Origin: Anaerovoracaceae bacterium
GTDB taxonomy: Bacteria; Actinomycetota; Coriobacteriia; Coriobacteriales; Eggerthellaceae
Direction: 5' to 3'
DNA length: 64,000 nucleotides
Assembly (NCBI GenBank): GCA_963604235.1
Contig: CAVCPR010000003.1
Span: 2,972-66,971, forward strand
Shown here: positions 33,086-40,568 of the stretch, piece after piece
Layout of the letters: each line of letters opens with the position of its first letter
Position numbering within the stretch: position 1 is the first letter of the stretch
The notes under the pieces: generated by a model
Databases searched by the model: none
What the model was told of the DNA's origin: nothing
What the model saw: only the letters and a program-made list of their open reading frames with translations
Made by a program: the position numbers and the translations under genes

Positions 33086-33255
33086 CGCATCCATCAAACG
33101 CCCGAATACACGAGTCGATATATAAAATCTGCCTATAGGTATCCCTGTTCGCGACGCGCGGCGATTATTGGACTGCTGAAGGCAGGTCGAACGAAAATAG
33201 ATTCCAGATACCTTACGTAAGCCGAGGGGTTGCGGCTGGCAAAAAGGAGAATCGG

Positions 33256-34899
33256 ATGATCACCGACTTGAAGATCAACGAGGAGCAGAAGCGGCGCTAC
33301 TACGAACGCGGCTGGTGGAGAAGCGAAACCATCGCCGATGTATGGAATGCGCAGGCCGCCTTGTATGCGGACAAGACCTTCGTCACCGACGATCAAGGCA
33401 CGGCGCTGACCTATAAGCGCATCGACGAGGTCTCCAATGCCGTGGCGGCATGGCTCGTCTCCGTGGGCATTCGCCCGGGCGACGTCGTGACATTCCAGCT
33501 TCCCACCTGGGCGGAGTTCTGTCCCGTGTTCATCGGCGTCGCAAAAGTAGGCGCGGTGATGCATCCGGTCGCGCGCAACTACAGCGAATGCGACCTCGCC
33601 TACATCATGAATAAAGTGGGTACGCGCGCTTTCATCTGCCCCACGTACCACCACACCACCGACCATGAGCGCCAAGCGCTCGAGTGTGTCAGCGACGTGG
33701 AGACGCTGAGCGAGGATCGCATCCTGTTTGTACGCAAAGCGGGACCTGCGCCGAAATGCGGCGCACCGACGCTCGAGGACTTAGCCGCCGGCGCCATCCC
33801 CGCTTTTGAAACCGTGCCGGTCGGCGCCGACGACGTCGCGGTGATACTCTCCACTTCCGGAACCACCGGAAAGCCCAAGCAGGCGCTGCTGACGCACAAC
33901 AACATCCTCTTCAGCGAGCGCGCGTTCGTCGGAGGACTTCCGATCGACGCGGACGACGTCATGTTCATGCCGAGCCCTCTGAACCATGCGACGGGTTTCT
34001 TCCATGGCATCATCTCGCCCTTGCTCCTTGGTGGATCGACCGTGCTGCAGCAGGACTTCAAAGCCGCTGCGGCCATCGAGCTCATCAACGAGCACCGTTG
34101 CACCTGGTCGATGGGTGCCACGCCGTTCATCTACGACATGCTCGGATCGATGGAGACCAACGGCACCTCGACGCCGACGCTTACGCTCTATCTTTCCGGC
34201 GGCGCCCCCCTACCGGGCACGCTCGTGAGCTGCGCGCGGGCACACGGCATCACGCTGTGCGAGTGCTACGGTTCAACGGAAAGCTGCCCGCATATCTACG
34301 TCCCGCCGACGTCGTGCGCCGAATGGAACGGCGCCTGGTCGGGAAAGACGCTTGAGGGCATCGAGATCCGCATCGTTGACGAGAACCGCACACCGGTCGC
34401 GCCCGGCGTGCAGGGCGAGGAAGCCAGCCGGGGACCGAACGTGTTCGTCGGATACCTGAACGACCCCGAGCAAACCGACGCGGTCCTCGATGACGAGGGA
34501 TGGTTCTATAGCGGCGACTTGGCAACGATTGACGAGGAAGGGCGCGTGCGCATCAACGGGCGCAAGAAGGAAATCGTCGTGCGCGGTGGCGAGAACATCT
34601 CCACCCGCGAGGTCGACGAGGCCGTAAGCGCCTGGGACGGCATCACCGATCAGGCGACCATCGGCGCACCGGACGACCGCATGGGGGAACGCATCTGCCT
34701 ATTCGCCGTTCCCAACAAAGCGCTCGGCGAGACGCCGCAACTGCCCGATCTGCTAGACTTCCTGAAGGCGCAAGGCGTTTCGAAGCGCCTATGGCCCGAG
34801 CGGCTTGAACTCGTAGACGAGATTCCGCGCACTGCAACGGGCAAGGTCCAGCGGTTCAAACTCGCGGAAGAGCTGAAGCGCCGCATGGCGAAGCAATAA
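33256..34899 (+). CDS. AMP-forming acyl-CoA ligase (adenylate-forming superfamily)
   Basis: 547 aa with the AMP-binding motif ILSTSGTTGKPKQA, then YGSTE, and a C-terminal invariant Lys region (PRTATGKVQRFKL). GGAG RBS. Confidence 0.88.
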   Translation: MITDLKINEEQKRRYYERGWWRSETIADVWNAQAALYADKTFVTDDQGTALTYKRIDEVSNAVAAWLVSVGIRPGDVVTFQLPTWAEFCPVFIGVAKVGAVMHPVARNYSECDLAYIMNKVGTRAFICPTYHHTTDHERQALECVSDVETLSEDRILFVRKAGPAPKCGAPTLEDLAAGAIPAFETVPVGADDVAVILSTSGTTGKPKQALLTHNNILFSERAFVGGLPIDADDVMFMPSPLNHATGFFHGIISPLLLGGSTVLQQDFKAAAAIELINEHRCTWSMGATPFIYDMLGSMETNGTSTPTLTLYLSGGAPLPGTLVSCARAHGITLCECYGSTESCPHIYVPPTSCAEWNGAWSGKTLEGIEIRIVDENRTPVAPGVQGEEASRGPNVFVGYLNDPEQTDAVLDDEGWFYSGDLATIDEEGRVRINGRKKEIVVRGGENISTREVDEAVSAWDGITDQATIGAPDDRMGERICLFAVPNKALGETPQLPDLLDFLKAQGVSKRLWPERLELVDEIPRTATGKVQRFKLAEELKRRMAKQ

Positions 34900-34966
34900 G
34901 CATATAAGGGTGGCGGGCTGCAAACGGGGTATTGCGGCCCGCTTTCATGCAGACGAGGAGGCAAAC

Positions 34967-35590
34967 ATGGCAAAGGGAGCCAAGGAATTCAGCATCACGA
35001 GAACGCGCTCGTCGTTCAAGCCGCGCGTCAACGAGGAGGACATCCCGTTTTTCAACGACGGCTTCGGCAACGTGCTCGTGGGCGTGCACGGTACGCGCGG
35101 GGTTGAGCTGACCGACAGGCCGCCTATCGAGGTACGCCACATGCCCTACGCGCATCTCAACGAGCGTGCAGACGAGGGCGCCAACGAGCCTGTCGAGCTT
35201 GCGAGCGAAGCGGACCTGCCGCAAGGCTGCGAGCTCGACTATCAGATCAACGGCGGCTTCAACAACAACTGCATCATCGTCACCTGGGACGATACGGCTG
35301 AGCATAGGCTCGAGTGGGTGATGATGAAAACCTTCACCGGCGCCCAGATGAAATACGCACTGCCGAAGAAGCGCAACCGCATGGTCTTCGCGCTCGCCGA
35401 CGAGGACGCCTTCGTGTACTGCAACAAGGAGCCATGCGTCGAGTGCGGGTTCCGCTGCAAAAACGGCTTCGTGCTCTACGCCGGATTCAAGGATTTCGGC
35501 GTGGTCCGCAAGCCCGTCGAGCGCATCAGCATGCTCGGCATCATCGGCGACGGAGGCCTGGAAGCAGGCACGACCGACCACCGTTCATAA
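34967..35590 (+). CDS. Hypothetical protein with a C-x4-C-x2-C-x3-C motif (no family recognised)
   Basis: 207 aa counted from ATG 34967, which is preceded by GAGGAGG. Third-position GC periodicity looks coding. The Cys cluster YCNKEPCVECGFRC lies near the C-terminus. It sits between the ligase and the MFS gene. Confidence 0.65.
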   Translation: MAKGAKEFSITRTRSSFKPRVNEEDIPFFNDGFGNVLVGVHGTRGVELTDRPPIEVRHMPYAHLNERADEGANEPVELASEADLPQGCELDYQINGGFNNNCIIVTWDDTAEHRLEWVMMKTFTGAQMKYALPKKRNRMVFALADEDAFVYCNKEPCVECGFRCKNGFVLYAGFKDFGVVRKPVERISMLGIIGDGGLEAGTTDHRS

Positions 35591-35653
35591 GCCGAAAGAT
35601 ACCGCTGGGCAACAACCTCTTAACCAAAGCGTTACCAAGCAAGAGAGCGACTT

Positions 35654-35690
35654 CGACCCCGAAATGCAAGAGGCATTCGGGGTCGATTTA
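35654..35690 (+). terminator. Hairpin after the orphan gene
   Basis: A 10-bp stem CGACCCCGAA / TTCGGGGTCG with a 12-nt loop, followed by ATTTA. Confidence 0.5.
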
Positions 35691-35757
35691 CGTCCAGGCT
35701 TAAACTTCAGCACTATGTTTTCCCAGGTCAAACAATATATATTCACGTCAATGAGGA

Positions 35758-35780
35758 ATCCATAGAAATCAGCAATGGAT
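35758..35780. promoter_or_regulatory. Interrupted dyad ATCCAT-N11-ATGGAT (LysR-type T-N11-A architecture) upstream of the MFS gene
   Basis: A perfect 6-bp inverted repeat with an 11-nt spacer, about 170 nt upstream of the MFS start, in a 358-bp AT-rich spacer. Confidence 0.3.
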
Positions 35781-35822
35781 ACCCCGAAAAACATTCGGTC
35801 GCATCTATTGGCACTTGCGTGC

Positions 35823-35842
35823 GTATGTGAATAGTATGTGAA
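35823..35842. repeat. Tandem direct repeat GTATGTGAA-TA-GTATGTGAA (period 11)
   Basis: An exact 9-mer occurs twice, one helical turn apart, about 110 nt upstream of the MFS start. Confidence 0.6.
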
Positions 35843-35948
35843 GCGGTTGAGCATGCATCGGCTTTGGAAAGGGTCAAAGTCAATGCATGGTTAATCGGAC
35901 CTAAGGGTTGAGGGCTCAAAACTGTTTCATCGTAAGGAGGAGGAAAGA

Positions 35949-37259
35949 GTGAGTGCAGCAGCTCAAGTAGCGAAGAAGTACATGTTCGCAATCGCGACCG
36001 TCTACATGTGCTATCTGACGCATGGCGTTCAGGCAATCATCCTGAGCCAGAACAAGGTTAATTTCTATACGCAGTGGGGTTACACGGATGCAGCAGCCGG
36101 CGCGGCTGCCGTTTCCATGGCAATCACGCTGACCGGCGTTGGCAAATTCGTCAGCGTGTGGATCGGCGGCGAGGTTTCCGACCGTATCGGCCGTAAGCTC
36201 CCCACCGTCCTCGGTTCCATCCTGTACGCGATCTGCTTCATCCTGTTGCTGGTCACGGACAACTTCTACGTGGCTTGCTTCGCCGGCTTCCTGTCCGGTG
36301 TCGCAACCTCCGGCTTCTGGGATGGCGCCCTGTACCCGGCAATCGCCGAGGCCAACCCGAAGTACGCGGGTTCCACGACGATCGGCATCAAGGCCGTTAT
36401 CTCCATTTCCGGCATCATCTACCCGCTGTTCGCCGCTATGAACTCCGGCGATAGCTGGCACATCAACATCTGGATCCCGATCGTGCTCTCGCTCATCTGC
36501 GTCGTGCTGTCCGCCATCACGCCGTTCGTTTACGACGACAAGCGCAAGCAGTCCGCAGGCAACGATGACACGTCCGGCGCCAAGAACGAGGCAGAGGCCG
36601 AGATCCAGGCTGCCAAGGACGCTATGCTGCAGAAGCCGAGCGCGATGACCAACTTCGTGACGCTGTTCTTCGGCTTCGTCATCATGTTCATCATGTACGG
36701 CGCTCAGCAGTACACCAAGGCTTTCGGTCAGAACAACCTCGGTCTCGACTCCGTCGCCGCCGCCGGCCTGACCTCCATCTACACCGCCGGCTCCATCATC
36801 GCCGTTCTGTTCTGGGCTGCCATGATGGCTAAGCTGCGCTGGACGCCCATCAAGGTCATCCTGATCGACGGCATCCTCGCCTCCCTGGCTCTCGCGGTCG
36901 TTATCATCGCCCTGCCGCTGAACCTCGGCGCCGGCGCCGTGTACTTCGGCATCGCGGTCCTCGGCTTCTCCGCCGCAGGCGGCATGCTGCAGACCGGCGT
37001 CACCCTGCGTCAGCAGATGTGCCCCGGCCCGCGCGGTCGTAACGTCGGCATGTACTACACCTTCATGGGCTTCGCCTCCGTGTTCCTGCCCGGCATCGTC
37101 GGTGCCATGACCGGCGCCGTCGGCGAGACCCAGGCTGTTTGGATCATGATGATCCTGCTGCTCGCCGCCTCCCTGCTCTCCGTGCTCATGAGCGCCTACG
37201 TGTGCGCCCAGTACAAGAAGCAGTTCGGCTACAGCGCAATGGAGCCCCAGAGGGACTAA
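35949..37259 (+). CDS. MFS transporter
   Basis: 436 aa with 12 predicted TM helices and the MFS loop motif GGEVSDRIGRKLP. GTG start after AAGGAGGAGG. Strongly biased codon usage. Confidence 0.85.
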   Translation: MSAAAQVAKKYMFAIATVYMCYLTHGVQAIILSQNKVNFYTQWGYTDAAAGAAAVSMAITLTGVGKFVSVWIGGEVSDRIGRKLPTVLGSILYAICFILLLVTDNFYVACFAGFLSGVATSGFWDGALYPAIAEANPKYAGSTTIGIKAVISISGIIYPLFAAMNSGDSWHINIWIPIVLSLICVVLSAITPFVYDDKRKQSAGNDDTSGAKNEAEAEIQAAKDAMLQKPSAMTNFVTLFFGFVIMFIMYGAQQYTKAFGQNNLGLDSVAAAGLTSIYTAGSIIAVLFWAAMMAKLRWTPIKVILIDGILASLALAVVIIALPLNLGAGAVYFGIAVLGFSAAGGMLQTGVTLRQQMCPGPRGRNVGMYYTFMGFASVFLPGIVGAMTGAVGETQAVWIMMILLLAASLLSVLMSAYVCAQYKKQFGYSAMEPQRD

Positions 37260-37306
37260 GCACCAGCACATGCTCACGCAGCCCGTTTTATAACCCTTTG
37301 CTCAAC

Positions 37307-37345
37307 GAAGGCCCCCGAAACCCGGGGGCCTTCCTCGTGTTTGCG
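37307..37345 (+). terminator. Intrinsic terminator after the MFS gene
   Basis: GAAGGCCCCC-GAAACCC-GGGGGCCTTC followed by CTCGTGTTTG. Confidence 0.6.
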
Positions 37346-37503
37346 AACAAATAGCCGCAAACACGCAGCAAGGAAAACCAACTATCAGCCACTACCAACA
37401 ACGAATCGAAGGAATGCCGCTTATGGCGGCAGCGGCGAAGACGCTAGCGGCGCGCCCCACTCGCACTTCCCACGACACGTCTCGAACTCCCGCTTGACGC
37501 GGA

Positions 37504-37540
37504 AACAAAAAGGCGCGGATCCCGAACGGAATCCGCGCCT
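37504..37540 (-). terminator. Intrinsic terminator after acd2
   Basis: The minus strand reads AGGCGCGGAT-TCCGTTCGGG-ATCCGCGCCT followed by TTTTTGTTT. Confidence 0.7.
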
Positions 37541-37568
37541 TTAACGTAAAAGCGAACTGCGCCCGCCC

Positions 37569-38738
37569 CTACTCCCTTGCCCGGTACTTACCGAGTACCA
37601 AGGGGGCAGCGATATGCACCATGATTTGATCGGTGCCCTCGGCGATCTGAAAGCCGCGGCAATCCTCCCAAATGGACGCGACGCGCTGGGAGCAGGTGTA
37701 GCCGCGACCGCCCATGATCTGCATCGCATCGGAGGCTACTTCAGTTGCGGTTTTGGGAACATAGCGTTTCGCGAGCGCCACGGCAAGGCGCTGCTCATGT
37801 TCGGGCTTGCCCTCGTCGAGCGTCCATGCGGCCCGATAGACCGAAGCGCGCATATTCTGCAGCTTCAGCTCCATGTCCACGATCATTTCCTGCACCAACT
37901 GGAAGTCGGTGATGGGTTGATTAAAAGCCCTGCGCGTATCGGCAAACGCGATTGCATCCTCGAGCGCCGCCTGAGCAAGGCCCAACGAGGTGGCGCAGGC
38001 AAGCAGACGTCCGATTTCGAAGAACCGGAACAGCTGCTTGAAACCGGAATGCTTGCCGTGCAGCCGCCAGCTCTCCTCCAGCTCGACGTCATCGAAGGAC
38101 ACCGTCGAGAACGGCAGCATCGACTGACCGATCTTTTCAATGGGATACACCGCCACGCCGGGCGCATTATGCGGAACGAGCCAGAACGAAAGCTCGGGCT
38201 TCTCCCCCGGCTTCGCGTCGCCGTCGATGGCGGCCGCAAGCAAATACGGGGCATATTCGCCGTTATTCACGAAAATCTTGTTGCCGCTCAGAACGTGTTT
38301 GCCGTCCACCTCGCGCGTCGAGGTTTCCATGCTCTGCGAATCCGAGCCGGACTGCGGCTCGGAAATGGCAAGCGCGAAAGCAAGGCGCCCCTCGGTCTGG
38401 TAGCGCGAACGAATCGAAGCGGACTCGCCCGTAGCCGCGAACTCCTCGAGAATCTGCAAGTTCACGAAGTCGTTCATGAGCGGCAGCGTGGCGCCGCTCA
38501 CGCGCGCAATCTCCTCGAGCACGAGAACCTGGGCCATGATGTCGTAGGTTGTATGGTTGCGACGGTGAATTACCCCGAAGCCGTTGAAGTCGAGATTGAC
38601 GAAATCCCGCACCACTTCGTCAGGCAGCCCCTCGTCGCGCCGCCACTGGGTCACGCTATCGAAGGTGAAATGCTGCTCGGCAAACGCGCGCACCGTGGAG
38701 ACAAGCTTGCGGTAGTCGTCCGTCAAACCGAAATCCAT
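37569..38738 (-). CDS. Acyl-CoA dehydrogenase family protein (paralog 2)
   Basis: 389 aa counted from ATG 38738 (MDFGLTDDYRKL, GGAAGGAG RBS). Motifs are AISEPQSGSDS and a C-terminal FQIAEGTDQIM, so the canonical catalytic Glu position is present. Confidence 0.88.
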   Translation of the reverse strand: MDFGLTDDYRKLVSTVRAFAEQHFTFDSVTQWRRDEGLPDEVVRDFVNLDFNGFGVIHRRNHTTYDIMAQVLVLEEIARVSGATLPLMNDFVNLQILEEFAATGESASIRSRYQTEGRLAFALAISEPQSGSDSQSMETSTREVDGKHVLSGNKIFVNNGEYAPYLLAAAIDGDAKPGEKPELSFWLVPHNAPGVAVYPIEKIGQSMLPFSTVSFDDVELEESWRLHGKHSGFKQLFRFFEIGRLLACATSLGLAQAALEDAIAFADTRRAFNQPITDFQLVQEMIVDMELKLQNMRASVYRAAWTLDEGKPEHEQRLAVALAKRYVPKTATEVASDAMQIMGGRGYTCSQRVASIWEDCRGFQIAEGTDQIMVHIAAPLVLGKYRARE

Positions 38739-39078
38739 GTACCCAGCTCCTTCCAAAACAACGCGCCGATTTCTTACATTGCAGCGCGAACAGCAGCCCA
38801 TTTTTACACAGCTTCAAAGCTATGGGTATATTTTGCGCAGCAAATACCGCATAAGCAACCAACAAAGCACCCAAACCGTTTAACGCCGAGGTCTATTCGC
38901 ACCTTTTATGATTGCGAAAAGTTTCATAGCGTGGTCGAATTGGAAATACCTCAATCGCAAGCGCACAATAATTACAAGGACCAAACCCGCGAGGAAACGC
39001 CTTCCTGGCGAGAGTGGACCAAACGCTTCGGGAATAACAAAAGCGATGCCCGGGCAACCGGGTACCAAGGAGGTAGCG

Positions 39079-40317
39079 ATGTTACCATTGCAAGGCGTCA
39101 AAGTCGTTGATCTGACCACGTTTTTGGCTACGCCGACCACCGGCCGCGTGCTCGGCGAGTGGGGTGCCGACGTCATCAAGGTCGAGGCCGCAAAGGGCGA
39201 CCCGGGCCGCGTGAACCAGGCTGCCGTGTTCGGCATGCCCTCCAGCGATGACGAGAATCTCGGCTTCGACATGTCCAACATGCACAAGCGTTTCATCTCG
39301 CTGAACCTGAAGTCTGAAAAGGGCCTCGAGGTCATGCACAAGCTGCTGGCCGACGCCGACATCTTCATCACCAACAACCGCGCCAAGTCCCTCAAGAAGA
39401 TGGGCCTGGACTGGGAGAGCCTGCATGCCAAGTACCCCCGCCTGATCATGGGCCATGGCCTTGGCTACGGCAAGCAGGGCCCCGAGAAGGACGCGGCCGG
39501 CTTCGACGTGACCTGCTACATGGGTCGCGGCGGCGTCTTCGGCACGACCGTCAACAAGGGCGACGCCCCGATGATCCCGACGAACGGCTACGGCGACTTC
39601 CAGTGCTCGCTGTTCCTTGCCGCCGGCATCCTGGCCGCCTACGTCGGCCGCCAGACCTCCGGTGAGGGCGACTACGTCACCTGCGCGCTGCAGCATGCAG
39701 GCATCTACGCCCTGTCCACCGGCATGGTTTCCGCCCAGTACGGCAACCCCTACCCGAAGAGCCGTCTCGAGGTCAACAACCCGCTCAACAACGTCTTCCG
39801 CTCCAAGGATGACAAGTGGGTCGTGCTGTGCCTGCCCGAGTACGACCGCGATTGGCCGCGCGTCATGAAGCTGATCGGCCGCGAGGAGCTCGCCGAGCAT
39901 CCCGACTACAGCGTGTGCACCACGGTCAACGCCAAGGGCCTCGCTCCCGAGGTCACGAAGATCCTCGACGAGGGCTTCGCCCAGTTCACGCTCGATGAGC
40001 TGCTGAAGATGTTCAAGGAAAACGACATGCCCTGCGAGCCGGCCCAGACGCCGCTCGACATCTACGAGGACGAGAACGCCCTTGTCAACGGCTACATCCA
40101 GCAGGTGCCCTACCCCAATGGCGGCAAGTGGTGCCCGACCGCCCCGGTCCAGTTCGAGCTCGAAGAGGTTCGCCCGCTCAAGCCGACCGGCAAGCTCGGC
40201 TGCGACACCGAGGCCGTCATGAAGGAACTCGGCTACACCGAGGAGGAGTTCAAGGCTGCAGAGGCCGACGGCTCCGTGTCCGGCCCGATCGACCTGGCTG
40301 TGCTGCAGGGCAAGTAA
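39079..40317 (+). CDS. Family-III (CaiB/BaiF/Frc-type) CoA-transferase
   Basis: 412 aa counted from ATG 39079 (AAGGAGG RBS). It reads MLPLQGVKVVDLTTFLATPTTGRVLGEWGADVIKVE, and the catalytic-Asp region is TNGYGDFQCSLFLAAGILAA. Confidence 0.9.
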   Translation: MLPLQGVKVVDLTTFLATPTTGRVLGEWGADVIKVEAAKGDPGRVNQAAVFGMPSSDDENLGFDMSNMHKRFISLNLKSEKGLEVMHKLLADADIFITNNRAKSLKKMGLDWESLHAKYPRLIMGHGLGYGKQGPEKDAAGFDVTCYMGRGGVFGTTVNKGDAPMIPTNGYGDFQCSLFLAAGILAAYVGRQTSGEGDYVTCALQHAGIYALSTGMVSAQYGNPYPKSRLEVNNPLNNVFRSKDDKWVVLCLPEYDRDWPRVMKLIGREELAEHPDYSVCTTVNAKGLAPEVTKILDEGFAQFTLDELLKMFKENDMPCEPAQTPLDIYEDENALVNGYIQQVPYPNGGKWCPTAPVQFELEEVRPLKPTGKLGCDTEAVMKELGYTEEEFKAAEADGSVSGPIDLAVLQGK

Positions 40318-40366
40318 GCTCGCGGACAAATCTGCCTGTTTGACCATGCGCATGCATGGTTATCCG

Positions 40367-40400
40367 AGAACCCCTGGTCTCCTTTGACCAGGGGTTCTCC
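40367..40400 (+). terminator. 14-bp hairpin after the CoA-transferase gene
   Basis: GAGAACCCCTGGTC-TCCTTT-GACCAGGGGTTCTC. There is no T-tract, so it may act as a terminator or as a stabiliser/processing site. Confidence 0.5.
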
Positions 40401-40568
40401 CTGTTCAAAGGGCAAAAAACAGCAGGTGTGGCGCAATTATTCGCTTTGCCTATGATTGCAACGCAATTTCCAACACGCGGCGAATTGGAATTCCAGTGCC
40501 GCGCATCACATAATAGAGACAACAAAGCTGTTGGGGCTTTGGGTACACAAACGTTGAGGAGGTTTTCG

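Noticed and set aside
35883-35893. The shared 11-mer ATGCATGGTTA (35883-35893 and 40352-40362) and the shared 9-mer TATGATTGC (38907-38915 and 40451-40459) in intergenic regions of the locus, as common operators.
   Set aside because: A rough estimate suggests about one such 11-mer coincidence is expected by chance among a few kb of AT-rich spacers, and more for 9-mers. This is not significant without conservation data.
37341-37544. The 67-aa ORF between the MFS and acd2 genes as a small protein.
   Set aside because: It has a non-ATG start, no RBS and a basic low-complexity translation. It spans the convergent acd2 terminator hairpin and starts at the tail of the MFS terminator, so the region is better explained as a convergent terminator zone.
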